64,000 bases of DNA from Candidatus Dormiibacterota bacterium (GTDB lineage Bacteria > Chloroflexota > Dormibacteria > DASZGP01): NCBI GenBank assembly GCA_049644325.1, contig JBARRR010000061.1, positions 19,455-83,454 of the forward strand, given 5' to 3'. How positions within the stretch are numbered: the stretch's first letter is position 1; each line of letters begins with the position of its first letter. A model generated the notes under the pieces. That model saw only the letters and a list, made by a program, of their open reading frames with translations, was not told the origin of the DNA and did no database searches. Both the position numbers and the translations under genes were made by a program. Below, piece by piece: positions 1 through 9,733 of this stretch.

Positions 1-408
1 CAGGCTGAGGCGCTCGACCAGATGCTGGAGGCGGAGGGAGCCCCGCTGGACCGCGTCATCTTCCTCAACGTGCCCGAGGACACGCTGGAGAAACGGCTCG
101 GAGGCAGGTGGACCTGTCCCTGCTGCGGCCGGGTCTACAGCAGTGCTGTACCCGAGGCCAAGAAGGGCTACTGCGACGACGACACCACCGTCGAGCTGGT
201 CCAGCGGGAGGACGACAAGCCGGAAGCCGTCAAGAACCGCATCCGGGTCTACCACGAGGAGACCCTGCCGGTGCTGGACTACTACCGCACGCAGGGCAGG
301 GTGCTGGAGATCAACGGCGACCAGTCCCCGGATGAAATTCGCGATGAGCTCTTCCGGCGCCTGGAGGACGGGGGAGAGGACTCCTCGCCGGAGAAGCGAT
401 CCGCATGA
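1..408 (+). CDS. adk: adenylate kinase, C-terminal part (5' end outside window)
   Basis: Frame 1 is open from nt 1; CPCCGRVY...C..D zinc-lid motif and conserved Adk C-terminus. Confidence 0.9.
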   Translation, partial: QAEALDQMLEAEGAPLDRVIFLNVPEDTLEKRLGGRWTCPCCGRVYSSAVPEAKKGYCDDDTTVELVQREDDKPEAVKNRIRVYHEETLPVLDYYRTQGRVLEINGDQSPDEIRDELFRRLEDGGEDSSPEKRSA

Positions 409-1151
409 TCACAGTCAAGTCGGAATCCGAGCTGAATTTGATGCGGGAGGCGGGCAAGCTGCTCGCCGATGCCCTGGGACAGCTGGCCGAGGCCTGCCGG
501 CCCGGCGTGACCACCAACGACATCGACCAGCAGGCGGACGCCATTATCCGCGGACATGGCGCGATCCCTGGCTTCCTGGGATACAACGGCTTCCCCAAGA
601 GCCTGTGCATCTCGGTCAACGAGGAGGTCGTCCACGGCATCCCCGGGGAACGGGTGATCGAGGACGGCGACATAGTGTCGTTGGACTGTGGCCTGATCTA
701 CAAGGGTCTCTGGGCAGACTCCGGCCGCACCGTCATGGTCGGCGAGGTGGAGCCCGAGGCCAAGCGCCTGGTCGAGGTCACCGGCCGGTCGCTGGAACGG
801 GGGATCGAGCAGGCGGTCGCGGGCAACCGGGTCGGCGACATCTCGGCCGCGGTGCAGAAGGAGGTGGAAGCCGCCGGTTTCAGCGTCGTGCGCAACTTCG
901 TCGGCCACGGCATCGGCCGCAACATGCACGAGGATCCCCAGGTGCCCAACTTCGGGGTCCCCGGCACCGGTCCGCTGCTTCGCCCCGGCTACGCGCTGGC
1001 GATCGAGCCGATGGTCAACCAGGGGACCCATGAGGTCCAGATGCTCGAGGACCACTGGACCATCATCACGGCGGACCACAAGCTCTCCGCCTACTTCGAG
1101 CACACCGTGCTGATCACCGACGACGGGCCAATTGTGGCTACGGCGGCATGA
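405..1151 (+). CDS. map: type I methionine aminopeptidase
   Basis: 248 aa; MetAP motifs (HGIPG, metal-binding D/H/E residues); ATGA overlap with adk stop. Confidence 0.9.
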   Translation: MITVKSESELNLMREAGKLLADALGQLAEACRPGVTTNDIDQQADAIIRGHGAIPGFLGYNGFPKSLCISVNEEVVHGIPGERVIEDGDIVSLDCGLIYKGLWADSGRTVMVGEVEPEAKRLVEVTGRSLERGIEQAVAGNRVGDISAAVQKEVEAAGFSVVRNFVGHGIGRNMHEDPQVPNFGVPGTGPLLRPGYALAIEPMVNQGTHEVQMLEDHWTIITADHKLSAYFEHTVLITDDGPIVATAA

Positions 1152-1244
1152 GCTCCAAGACCCGGTTCGGGCGCCCGGCTTTTGAGTTCAGCCCGAACTC
1201 GCGATATACTCTCAATTCGACCTCTTCCCGCGATGGCTTGCGCC

Positions 1245-1463
1245 ATGGCGGATGAGGAGAGGGTTGTGGTCTTCGGCACGATCGTGGAACCGCTGCCCAA
1301 TGCTCTTTTTCGAGTCGCCCTCGAGAACGGACACAAGATCCTGGCCCACGGCTCAGGGCGAGTTCGCAGCCATCACCTGCGGCTCCTTGCCGGGGACCGG
1401 GTGAAGATCGAGGTGGCTCCCACCGACCCCACCCGGGGCCGGATCGTGGACCGCCTCAAATAG
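1245..1463 (+). CDS. infA: translation initiation factor IF-1
   Basis: 72 aa from ATG 1245 ([41 protein letters not shown]...); S1-like IF-1 sequence. The longer ORF from 1182 is probably leader. Confidence 0.85.
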   Translation: MADEERVVVFGTIVEPLPNALFRVALENGHKILAHGSGRVRSHHLRLLAGDRVKIEVAPTDPTRGRIVDRLK

Positions 1464-1498
1464 AACTCAAATAGACAAGAGAGAACCAAGAAAAACCC

Positions 1499-1615
1499 GT
1501 GAAAGTCAGAGCTTCGGTCAAGCGGATGTGCAAGGACTGCAAGGTCATCAAGCGCCACGGCGTGGTGCGGGTGATCTGCAGCAAGGACCCCAAGCACAAG
1601 CAGGTGCAAGGGTGA
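1499..1615 (+). CDS. rpmJ: 50S ribosomal protein L36
   Basis: GTG start; [38 protein letters not shown]; 38 aa with zinc ribbon. Below the ORF-track length cutoff. Confidence 0.8.
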   Translation: MKVRASVKRMCKDCKVIKRHGVVRVICSKDPKHKQVQG

Positions 1616-1639
1616 TCCGCGCCCGCCTGGAGAACCAGC

Positions 1640-2017
1640 TTGGCTAGGATCGCCGGCGTCGACATCCCTCGCGACAAGCGGGTGGTGGTGGCCCTGACCT
1701 ACATCTTCGGCATCGGGCCGACGACGGCGGGCCGCGTGGTCCAGATCGCCAACGTCAACCCCGACAAGCGGGTCAAGGACCTACCCGACGAGGAGGTCGC
1801 CCGCCTGCGCGAGGTCATCGACAAGCAGCTCAAGGTCGAGGGCGAGCTTCGCCGCGAGGTGGCGCTCAACATCAAGCGCCTGATCGAGATCGGGACATAC
1901 CGGGGCCTGCGTCATCGCCGGGGGCTCCCGGTGCGCGGCCAGCGCACCCGCACCAACGCCCGGAGCCGCCGCGGGCCGAAGCGAACCGTCGGCGTGCGGC
2001 GTAAGAAGGGTAAGTAA
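1640..2017 (+). CDS. rpsM: 30S ribosomal protein S13
   Basis: TTG start; [26 protein letters not shown]... canonical S13. Confidence 0.9.
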   Translation: MARIAGVDIPRDKRVVVALTYIFGIGPTTAGRVVQIANVNPDKRVKDLPDEEVARLREVIDKQLKVEGELRREVALNIKRLIEIGTYRGLRHRRGLPVRGQRTRTNARSRRGPKRTVGVRRKKGK

Positions 2018-2023
2018 GCAGCA

Positions 2024-2419
2024 GTGACCAAGAAGAAAAAAGTAGTTCGCACTCGCCGTCGCGAGCGCAAGAACATCGCCATCGGCCAGGCGCACATCCA
2101 GTCGACGTTCAACAACACGATCATCTCGATCACCGACGTCGAGGGGCACGTGATCGCCTGGGGTTCCGCCGGCAGCCAGGGCTTCAAGGGCTCGCGCAAG
2201 AGCACGCCCTTCGCCGCCCAGGTGACGGCCGAGGCCACTGCCCGCAAGGCGATGGAGCACGGCATGAAGACCGTCGACATCTACGTCAAGGGCCCGGGCT
2301 CGGGCCGCGAGGCCGCCATCCGGTCACTGCAGGCCGCCGGGCTGGAGGTCACTGCCATCAGCGATGTCACCCCGGTGCCGCACAACGGCTGCCGGCCGCC
2401 GAAGCGGAGGAGGGTCTGA
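2024..2419 (+). CDS. rpsK: 30S ribosomal protein S11
   Basis: 131 aa; canonical S11 sequence. Confidence 0.9.
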   Translation: MTKKKKVVRTRRRERKNIAIGQAHIQSTFNNTIISITDVEGHVIAWGSAGSQGFKGSRKSTPFAAQVTAEATARKAMEHGMKTVDIYVKGPGSGREAAIRSLQAAGLEVTAISDVTPVPHNGCRPPKRRRV

Positions 2420-3045
2420 TGTCGGGCAAGACCGGCGACGCCGTCTGCCGCCTCTGCCGCCGCGAGGGCGAGAAGCTCTACCTCAAGGGCCAGAAGTGCT
2501 ACGTCAAGTGCACATTGGAGCGCCGTCCCTACCCGCCGGGCCAGCACGGCCAGGCGCGGCGGCGCAAGGTGTCCGACTTTGGCATCCAGCTGCGCGCCAA
2601 GCAGCGGGCCCGCCGCATCTACGGCATCCAGGAAACCCAGTTCCACAACTACTACGAGGACGCCGCCCGGCGTAAGGGCGAGACCGGCCTGGAGCTGCTG
2701 CGGCGGCTCGAGCTCCGGCTTGACAACGTCGTCTACCGCGCCGGCTTTGGCGCCTCACGGGCGGAAGCCCGACAGCTGGTGACGCACCGTCATTTCGCCG
2801 TGAACGGGCGCATCGCCAACGTACCCAGCATCCACCTCCGCGTCGGCGACGTCGTCGCCGTCCGCGAGGGGAGCCGGGGGATCGAGCCGATCGAGCGCTC
2901 CCAGGAGATGCTCAACAATCGGCCGTTGCCCGGCTGGCTCGAGTCGGCAGGCGAACTCTCCGCCAAGGTCGCCGCCGACCCACCACGCGACGAGATGGAG
3001 CCTCTCATCGAAGAGCACCTGATCGTCGAGTTCTACTCCAGATGA
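2419..3045 (+). CDS. rpsD: 30S ribosomal protein S4
   Basis: 208 aa; N-terminal zinc motif CRLCRREGEKLYLKGQKC; S4 domain. Confidence 0.9.
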   Translation: MSGKTGDAVCRLCRREGEKLYLKGQKCYVKCTLERRPYPPGQHGQARRRKVSDFGIQLRAKQRARRIYGIQETQFHNYYEDAARRKGETGLELLRRLELRLDNVVYRAGFGASRAEARQLVTHRHFAVNGRIANVPSIHLRVGDVVAVREGSRGIEPIERSQEMLNNRPLPGWLESAGELSAKVAADPPRDEMEPLIEEHLIVEFYSR

Positions 3046-3083
3046 CCGTGACTTTTGAAACCCATAAGCCCGAGGAGGTCCCC

Positions 3084-4079
3084 ATGTCGATGACCATCAG
3101 TGATAGCCCGCCCGCACCCGCGCCCCAAGTAAACAGCGCGCCTGCGGTCAAGGTCGTGGAGACCACCGAGGATTACGGCAAGTTCGAGATTGAGCCGCTG
3201 GAGCCTGGTTTCGGCACCACCCTGGGCAACTCCCTGCGGCGGGTGCTGCTCTCCAGCCTTCCCGGCGCCGCGGTCACCTCGGTGTCGATCGACGGCGTCG
3301 CCCACGAGTTCTCCAGCATCCCCCACGTCCGCGAGGACGTGACCGAGATCCTGCTCAACCTCAAGGGGTTGAACCTGATCTCCCACACCGACGAGCCGGT
3401 GCGCCTGGTCCTCGAGGTCAAGGGCCCCAAGGATGTCAAGGCGGAGGACATCCGGACCCCCAGCGACGTCGAGATCGTCAACCCCGATCTCTACATCATG
3501 GCGATCGACGACAAGTCGACCACCGTCCGGGCCGAGCTGGTCGTGGAGCGGGGCAAGGGCTACGTCCCCGCCGACCGCAACAAGAAGGAGGATCAGCCGA
3601 TTGGCGTGATCCCGATCGACGCCATCTTCAGCCCGGTGGTCAAGGCCAACTTCCTGGTCGAGAAAACCCGCGTTGGCCAGGACACCGACTGGGACAAGCT
3701 GATCCTCGAGGTCTGGACGGACAAGACGCTCAAGCCCGAGGACGCTGTCAGCCAGGCGGCCCAGATCTTCACCCGTCACCTCGACCTCTTCTCCCGCTTT
3801 GGCGAGAGCATCCTGGCGGCGCCGGAGCCCGGCGCCCCGGCCTCGGGGCCGGCGTCCGGCCTGGCCGACGTGCCGGTCGAGGAGCTGGAGCTCTCGGTCC
3901 GCGCACTCAACTGCCTCAAGGCCAACGACATCACCAAGGTCGGCCAGCTGCTGAGCAAGCGTGAGGACGAGCTCCTCAGCCTGCGCAACTTCGGCAAGAA
4001 GTCGCTCGACGAGATCAAGGAGAAGCTGGTCGAGCGCGGCTTTGTGCCGGCGGAAGAGATCGACCAGGCGTTCTCGTAG
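3084..4079 (+). CDS. rpoA: DNA-directed RNA polymerase subunit alpha
   Basis: FEIEPLEPGFGTTLGNSLRRVLLSS alpha-NTD motif and C-terminal alpha-CTD. Strong SD (GAGGAGG) 6 nt upstream of ATG 3084. An alternative ATG at 3042 overlaps the rpsD stop as ATGA. Confidence 0.88.
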   Translation: MSMTISDSPPAPAPQVNSAPAVKVVETTEDYGKFEIEPLEPGFGTTLGNSLRRVLLSSLPGAAVTSVSIDGVAHEFSSIPHVREDVTEILLNLKGLNLISHTDEPVRLVLEVKGPKDVKAEDIRTPSDVEIVNPDLYIMAIDDKSTTVRAELVVERGKGYVPADRNKKEDQPIGVIPIDAIFSPVVKANFLVEKTRVGQDTDWDKLILEVWTDKTLKPEDAVSQAAQIFTRHLDLFSRFGESILAAPEPGAPASGPASGLADVPVEELELSVRALNCLKANDITKVGQLLSKREDELLSLRNFGKKSLDEIKEKLVERGFVPAEEIDQAFS

Positions 4080-4108
4080 TCGATCGGTAGGACCGGGGTC
4101 ATCAGGCG

Positions 4109-4462
4109 ATGCGACACAACAAGTCCGGGCGTAAGTTCGGCCGCACGTCCGCACATCGCCAGTCGATGACCAACAACCAGATCACGTCGCTGCTCCGAGC
4201 AGGGCGGATCGAGACCACCGAGGCCAAGGCCAAGGAGCTGCGACGCTGGGTGGAGCGGGTGATCACCACGGCCAAGGCCGATGACCTCGCCGCCCGCCGC
4301 GCCGTGATCAAGCACGTCACCGATCCGGATGTGACCGACCGTCTCTTCACCAACCTGATGCCCCGCCTCAAGGAGCGTCCCGGCGGCTACACCCGCATCA
4401 TCCGCAAAGGGCCCCGGCACGGCGATGGGGCGCCCATGGTCCTCATCGAGCTGGTGGATTGA
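4109..4462 (+). CDS. rplQ: 50S ribosomal protein L17
   Basis: 117 aa; MRHNKSGRKFGRTSAHR... canonical L17. Confidence 0.9.
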   Translation: MRHNKSGRKFGRTSAHRQSMTNNQITSLLRAGRIETTEAKAKELRRWVERVITTAKADDLAARRAVIKHVTDPDVTDRLFTNLMPRLKERPGGYTRIIRKGPRHGDGAPMVLIELVD

Positions 4463-4472
4463 CGTGGCCAAC

Positions 4473-5183
4473 ATGCGCCTGGTCCTCGAATACGACGGCA
4501 CCGACTTCCACGGGTGGCAGGCGCAGCCGGCTGGCCGCACCGTGGCGGGTGAGCTGAGCCGGGCCATCGCCACCATCACCGGCGAGTCGCCCCGCCTGAT
4601 CGCGGCCGGGCGGACCGACGCCGGCGCCCACTCGCTGGGCCAGACCGTGAACTTCGAGCTGGAGCGCGATATCGCTCCCGGGCGGCTGATGGCCGGGCTC
4701 AACGCAGTGCTCCCCGCGGACGTCGCCGTCGTTGACGCCGATATCGCGCCCCAGGGCTTCCACGCCCGCTTCTCAGCCCGGCGGCGCCGCTATCGCTATG
4801 TCGTCGAGAACCGTGAGGCACGCTCGACTGTGCTTCGCAACCACGCCTGGCAAGTCAAGAGCCCGCTCGACGTCGAAGCCATGCGCCAGGCCGCGGGCCG
4901 GCTCACCGGCCGCCGCGACCTCAGCGCCTTCGGCAAGGACCCGGCGGGGCGCAATACTGTCCGCACCCTCGATGCCGTCGACGTGACGCCGCTGGCCGCC
5001 GGTGGGGTTGGCGCCCTGATCGCCTTCGACCTCAGCGCCGACGCCTTCCTATACGGCATGGTCCGGCGCATCGTCGGCTTCCTGGTCGAGGTGGGCAGCG
5101 GCCGCCGCTCGGCTGATGACGTCGCTGCCGGTGCTCGCGTGGCCCCCGCCCGTGGCCTCTACCAGTTGGCGGTTGAGTACTGA
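4473..5183 (+). CDS. truA: tRNA pseudouridine(38-40) synthase
   Basis: MRLVLEYDGTDFHGWQAQ...RTDAGAH catalytic Asp motif. Start may instead be GTG 4464. Confidence 0.85.
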   Translation: MRLVLEYDGTDFHGWQAQPAGRTVAGELSRAIATITGESPRLIAAGRTDAGAHSLGQTVNFELERDIAPGRLMAGLNAVLPADVAVVDADIAPQGFHARFSARRRRYRYVVENREARSTVLRNHAWQVKSPLDVEAMRQAAGRLTGRRDLSAFGKDPAGRNTVRTLDAVDVTPLAAGGVGALIAFDLSADAFLYGMVRRIVGFLVEVGSGRRSADDVAAGARVAPARGLYQLAVEY

Positions 5184-5650
5184 TGATCACCAAGACCTAC
5201 ACCCCCAGGGAGTCCGACCTCAAGCCCCGGTGGTACGTGGTCGACGCCGACGGGCAGACCCTCGGCCGGCTGGCCAGCAACATCGCCAAGATCCTCAAGG
5301 GCAAGCACAACCCGGGCTATGCACCACACGTCAACACCGGCGACTTCGTGGTCGTGGTCAACGCCGCCAAGGTACACGTCACCGGCAGCAAGCGCACCAC
5401 CAAGACCTATGAGCGCTATTCGGGCTACCCCAGCGGCCGTCGCACCCGCACCTTCGAGGAGCAGATGGCGCGCCGTCCCGAGGAGCCACTGCGCGACGCG
5501 GTCAAGGGCATGCTGCAGCACAACACCCTCGGCGAGCAGATGCTGAAGCGTCTCAAGATCTACGCCGGCGCCGAGCACGAGCAGAGTGCCCAGCAGCCCC
5601 AGCGCATCCGCTTCACCCCCAAAGGAGAGATTGAGCGAATTGGCGATTGA
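5183..5650 (+). CDS. rplM: 50S ribosomal protein L13
   Basis: 155 aa; canonical L13; 1-nt overlap with truA stop (TGATG). Confidence 0.9.
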   Translation: MITKTYTPRESDLKPRWYVVDADGQTLGRLASNIAKILKGKHNPGYAPHVNTGDFVVVVNAAKVHVTGSKRTTKTYERYSGYPSGRRTRTFEEQMARRPEEPLRDAVKGMLQHNTLGEQMLKRLKIYAGAEHEQSAQQPQRIRFTPKGEIERIGD

Positions 5651-6035
5651 CACCCCGATCCTCGCCGTGGGCCGTCGCAAGGAGTCGGTCGCGCGCGTCC
5701 GCCTGACATCCGGCGAGGGCGCCATCACCGTCAACGACAAGGAGATGCGCCAGTACTTCCTGCGCCGCGTCCTGCAGCAGGCCGTGATGGCGCCGCTGAA
5801 GACGCTCGACGCCACCCAGCGCTACGACATCGCCATCCGGGTGGCGGGCGGCGGGGTCACGGGCCAGGCCGGCGCGGCCGTCCAGGGCATCGCCCGGGCG
5901 CTGATCCAGGCCGAGCCGGAACGTCGGGGCGAGCTCAAGAGTGAGGGCTACCTGACCCGCGATGCCCGCGCCAAGGAGCGCAAGAAGCCGGGGCTGAAGA
6001 AGGCCCGGAAGGCGCCGCAGTACACCAAACGCTGA
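5640..6035 (+). CDS. rpsI: 30S ribosomal protein S9
   Basis: C-terminal ...[14 protein letters not shown] and [15 protein letters not shown] start after an AAGGAG SD. The longer ORF from 5586 overlaps rplM. Confidence 0.85.
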   Translation: MAIDTPILAVGRRKESVARVRLTSGEGAITVNDKEMRQYFLRRVLQQAVMAPLKTLDATQRYDIAIRVAGGGVTGQAGAAVQGIARALIQAEPERRGELKSEGYLTRDARAKERKKPGLKKARKAPQYTKR

Positions 6036-6073
6036 GTTCGAACGCGACCGCGGTCCCGGCGGTCGCTCTGCTG

Positions 6074-6577
6074 GTGACCATCCTTGCATCGTGCCAGGTC
6101 GGTCCCTTCGGCCAGGCGACCCCAACACCCTCAGCAAGCCCCACGCCCCTGGCCAACACCGGCATCCCGGCTTCCGACCCCGACGGGCCGCGCAAGGTCG
6201 CGGAGCGGCTCTTTCCCGACGGCGGCAAGGCCTGCGGCAAGCCCTCCGCCGACGTCTCGCTCTGGGACTACACCGGGTGCCCCGCGACCACCATCCTCAT
6301 CGCGCGACTGAATAAGCATCCCATCCCGTATGCCGAGCAGCTATGTCGCTGCGCCAAGCCCTACGGCACGCGGGTGTTCGTGACCACGCTCACCACTGAC
6401 GGGGCCGTGGTGCGGGCCAACCTCGGCATCGACGCCACCACCCAGATGCTCGACATCGCGATCGATAAGTCCAGTGGCAGCTGGGCGGCGGCGGACGTCA
6501 CCTGCGCATCCCGTGGCACCTCCACCTCGATCTTTTCGGACGCGCCAACGCTCTGCTATGCGCCGGGTGGATCGTGA
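6074..6577 (+). CDS. putative lipoprotein (lipobox LASC); start unresolved
   Basis: L-A-S-C lipobox at residues 4-7 of the GTG-6074 ORF. The in-frame upstream stretch (AVPAVALLVTILASC) is hydrophobic but has no canonical start. Thr/Pro-rich linker follows. Confidence 0.45.
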   Translation: MTILASCQVGPFGQATPTPSASPTPLANTGIPASDPDGPRKVAERLFPDGGKACGKPSADVSLWDYTGCPATTILIARLNKHPIPYAEQLCRCAKPYGTRVFVTTLTTDGAVVRANLGIDATTQMLDIAIDKSSGSWAAADVTCASRGTSTSIFSDAPTLCYAPGGS

Positions 6578-6648
6578 GCTGCTCTGCAACGCAAAAGGGA
6601 TCAGCGTGACCTGGCGGGGGATCCGGCACCGCTGACTAGCATGGATCG

Positions 6649-6840
6649 ATGCGCGCGCTAGTCGTGGTCCCGAGCGCCCTGATGATCCTTGTCGGCGGCG
6701 TGTTCACCGGCCAGGGCTTCGGCTACATCCCGGGCAGCTTCATGACCGGCAGCCTGTTCTGGGGGATCACCGGGTTGGTGCTGGTCGTGGGCGGGCTCGC
6801 CCTGCTCGTCTTCGCCGCGCGCCGTGGCTCGCCCGACTGA
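6649..6840 (+). CDS. small membrane protein (two predicted TM helices)
   Basis: 63 aa ORF, hydrophobic, Gly-rich. Confidence 0.4.
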   Translation: MRALVVVPSALMILVGGVFTGQGFGYIPGSFMTGSLFWGITGLVLVVGGLALLVFAARRGSPD

Positions 6841-6880
6841 GGCGTTCTACGGCGGGGGTGGTCACCTTTAGAATCGAGTC

Positions 6881-7801
6881 ATGTATTCGGCGCTAGCGGC
6901 GCGCGACCTGCTCTCCATCGGCGATCTCAGCAAAGATGACATCGAGGCTGTCCTCGACTATGCCGTCGAGCTCAAACAGATACCCGAGGGGCCCCGGCCG
7001 CTGGCCGGCAAGAACCTGGGCCTGATCTTCCAGCGGCCCAGCAATCGCACCCGGGTCTCGTTCGAGGTCGCCATCGACCAGCTCGGCGGGCACCCTATCC
7101 CGATCTTCAGCCACGAGATCCAGCTCGGCGAGCGGGAGTCTGTGGCCGACATCGCCCGGATCCTGGATCGCTACCTGGACGGCATCATCGCCCGCCTCTA
7201 CAACCAACCCGACCTCGAGGACATCGCTGCCAACGCCAACGCGCCGGTCATCAACGCCATGACCGATGCCGAGCACCCCTGCCAGGTTCTCGCCGACCTG
7301 CTCACGGTTCGGGAGCGCTTCGGTGACGGCGCCCGGGTCACCTACATCGGCGACGGCAACAACGTCTGCAACTCCTGGATCCTGGCCGCGGCGATCCTTG
7401 GCCTCGACCTGCGCCTGGTCATCCCGGAGGGCTACGAGCCCAAGCCCAAGGTGCGCAAACGGGCCCTGGCGATCGGCGGAAAGGAGGTGGAGACCACCCC
7501 GCTCAACACCGCGCTGGCCGACACCGATGTGATCTACACCGACGTCTGGAGCAGCATGGGCCAGGAGCACGAGTCCGAGCGCCGCCGGCGCGACTTCGCT
7601 GAGTACCAGGTCAACGCCGAGTTGCTGCGCATGGCGCCGCCCAGCGCCCGCGTAATGCACTGCCTGCCGGCGCACCGCGGCGAGGAGATCACCGACGAGG
7701 TCATCGACGGCCCCCAGTCGATCGTGTTCGACCAGGCAGAGAACCGGCTCCACGTTCAGAAGGCGCTGCTGGGGCTGATCTTCGCGCCCCTGGTGGGTTA
7801 G
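6881..7801 (+). CDS. argF: ornithine carbamoyltransferase
   Basis: S-N-R-T-R carbamoyl-phosphate motif and HCLPA motif (OTCase rather than ATCase HPLP); 306 aa. Confidence 0.85.
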   Translation: MYSALAARDLLSIGDLSKDDIEAVLDYAVELKQIPEGPRPLAGKNLGLIFQRPSNRTRVSFEVAIDQLGGHPIPIFSHEIQLGERESVADIARILDRYLDGIIARLYNQPDLEDIAANANAPVINAMTDAEHPCQVLADLLTVRERFGDGARVTYIGDGNNVCNSWILAAAILGLDLRLVIPEGYEPKPKVRKRALAIGGKEVETTPLNTALADTDVIYTDVWSSMGQEHESERRRRDFAEYQVNAELLRMAPPSARVMHCLPAHRGEEITDEVIDGPQSIVFDQAENRLHVQKALLGLIFAPLVG

Positions 7802-7806
7802 CCGGG

Positions 7807-8763
7807 ATGCTGCAGACCGCCTTTCGCGATTTTCTCGTTTTCCTCCAGGGGAGGGAGTGGTGGCGGGACCTCCTCGACCTGGCGGTGGTCACCTTCCTTG
7901 CCTACCGTGTCCTGCTCCTGATCCGGGGAACGCGCGCGGTTCAGCTGATGGCCGGGCTCGGGGTGCTGGCCCTCGTGGGGCTGGCGGCCAATGCGCTGCA
8001 CCTACAGCTGACCTCGTACATCTTCGGCAACCTGGCCCCGGCGCTCCTCATCGGCGTCGTCATCCTCTTCCAGCCCGAGCTGCGCCGCGCCCTCGACCGC
8101 GTCGGGCGGGTCGGCTTCCTGGGCCGCCCGCTGGCGCACTACAGCCTGCAGCTGCTGGGGCGGCTGGTCGACCAGGTCGTCCACGGCACAATCCGCCTCT
8201 CAGAGCGGCGGGTCGGCGCCATCATCGTCTTTGAGCGTGGCGTGGGCATCGAGAATTATGCCCTGACCGGCGTCCGCCTCAACGCGGAGGTGACCGCGGA
8301 GCTGCTGGAGGCGATCTTCTTCCCACGCTCGCCCCTGCATGATGGCGCCGTTATCATCCGGGGCAACCAGGTGGTCGCTGCCGGGTGCCTGCTGCCGATG
8401 AACGAAGAGGTCGTCACCTCCGGCCGCATCGGCACTCGCCACCGCGCCGCGCTCAGCCTCTCGATGGAGTCCGACGCGACCATCATCGTGGTGTCGGAGG
8501 AGACGGGCAAGATATCCCTGGTGCAGGACGGCAACCTGCGCAAGGTGGAGTCCGAGAGCCTGCGCCAGATCCTGCACAACGTGCTGGTGCCGAGCGAGAC
8601 GCCCCTGATGCCACGCCTGCTCCGTCGGCGCCGGCCGGTGGAGCCAGGCGAGAAGCCCGTTGTCGTAACGGAGGTCAAGGGCTCACCCGGGCCTGAGGAG
8701 GCAGAAGAGCAGGCGCGGCCGGCATCGCCCGCGCCGGCCCCGCCCAGCGAAGTCACCCCTTGA
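7807..8763 (+). CDS. cdaA: diadenylate cyclase CdaA (DAC domain) with Pro/Ala-rich C-terminal tail
   Basis: Three N-terminal TM helices plus DAC-domain motifs (HDGAVIIRG...; RHRAALSLS; TIIVVSEETG). Confidence 0.85.
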   Translation: MLQTAFRDFLVFLQGREWWRDLLDLAVVTFLAYRVLLLIRGTRAVQLMAGLGVLALVGLAANALHLQLTSYIFGNLAPALLIGVVILFQPELRRALDRVGRVGFLGRPLAHYSLQLLGRLVDQVVHGTIRLSERRVGAIIVFERGVGIENYALTGVRLNAEVTAELLEAIFFPRSPLHDGAVIIRGNQVVAAGCLLPMNEEVVTSGRIGTRHRAALSLSMESDATIIVVSEETGKISLVQDGNLRKVESESLRQILHNVLVPSETPLMPRLLRRRRPVEPGEKPVVVTEVKGSPGPEEAEEQARPASPAPAPPSEVTP

Positions 8764-9719
8764 CCATCTTCACCCGCAACTGGCGGTTCAAGGTCCTGGC
8801 CATCTTCGTGGCCCTTTCGACGTGGTCGGTGGTGGCCTACGCCAACAACCCGCCGGACTCGCAGGCGGTTAACGGCCTGGTCGTCGAGCACGGGCCGCCA
8901 CCAACTGGGCTGGTGCTCCTCAAGGAGCCGGACACCGTCAGCGTCACCATCTCCAGCCTCAGGGACCGGCTGTCGGCGTTCAAGCGCGAGAGCCTTCACA
9001 CCTCCATCGACCTGTCCGGGGCGCGCAGCGGGCACAACCTGCTGCGGGTCAAGATCGACAACTCCGACAAGAACATCAACGTGCTGGGCGCCGAGCCGGC
9101 GGTGCTTGACGTCGAGCTAGACCAACTGGTCAGCGTCGAGCGGAAGGTCGAGGTCCGGACCCGGGGCACGCCGGCATCCTGCTGCCAGGCCCACGATGCC
9201 GCCGCCAACCCGGCGACGGTCACTCTGCGCGGGCCGCAGAGCCAGCTTCAGAACGCTGTTGCCTTCGTGAGCGTGGACGTCGACGGCAAGCAGGCGCAGG
9301 TGGCCGAGACCGATACCGTCCAGGTGGAGACGGCGGACCGCAAGTCGTTGCCGCAGGTCTCAGTCAGCCCCTCGCAGGTGGCCGCAACCGTGCCCATCGA
9401 CCTGACCAAGGTGCAGCGAACGGTGCCGTTGCACACCGACTTCACCGGGGCGTTGCCGGCGGGCTACCGGATCACCCGGATCGACTACACGCCGGTGGTG
9501 GTCGAGATCGAGGGGGACCCCGGCTCCACCAGTGGGATCACCGAGCTCAGCACCGACCCGATCAGCCTCTCCGGCGTCACCGCGGATATCGTCCAGAACG
9601 TGAACCTGCGGCCGCCCAAGGGCGCCACGGTGCTGACCAAGGGGAACTTCAACATCCACGTCTTCATCGAGAAGGACACCCGGGTGCAGCCGACCCCGTT
9701 GCCCTCAAGCAGCCCCTGA
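8760..9719 (+). CDS. cdaR: CdaR/YbbR-like regulator of CdaA
   Basis: N-terminal TM anchor then YbbR-like repeats; directly downstream of cdaA with a 4-nt overlap. Confidence 0.7.
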   Translation: MTIFTRNWRFKVLAIFVALSTWSVVAYANNPPDSQAVNGLVVEHGPPPTGLVLLKEPDTVSVTISSLRDRLSAFKRESLHTSIDLSGARSGHNLLRVKIDNSDKNINVLGAEPAVLDVELDQLVSVERKVEVRTRGTPASCCQAHDAAANPATVTLRGPQSQLQNAVAFVSVDVDGKQAQVAETDTVQVETADRKSLPQVSVSPSQVAATVPIDLTKVQRTVPLHTDFTGALPAGYRITRIDYTPVVVEIEGDPGSTSGITELSTDPISLSGVTADIVQNVNLRPPKGATVLTKGNFNIHVFIEKDTRVQPTPLPSSSP

Positions 9720-9733
9720 TAGGCTGATCGCGA

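Noticed and set aside
282-1103. 273-aa minus-strand ORF antisense to map
   Set aside because: Entirely overlaps a confidently assigned conserved gene; a high-GC genome produces long spurious antisense ORFs.
3033-4154. 373-aa minus-strand ORF antisense to rpoA
   Set aside because: Antisense to a universal gene; low-complexity Arg/Asp/Leu-rich translation.
6041-6063. Hairpin GCGACCGC-N7-GCGGTCGC after rpsI as a possible terminator
   Set aside because: It lies inside the probable signal-peptide coding region of the downstream lipoprotein and lacks a U-tract. Ambiguous.
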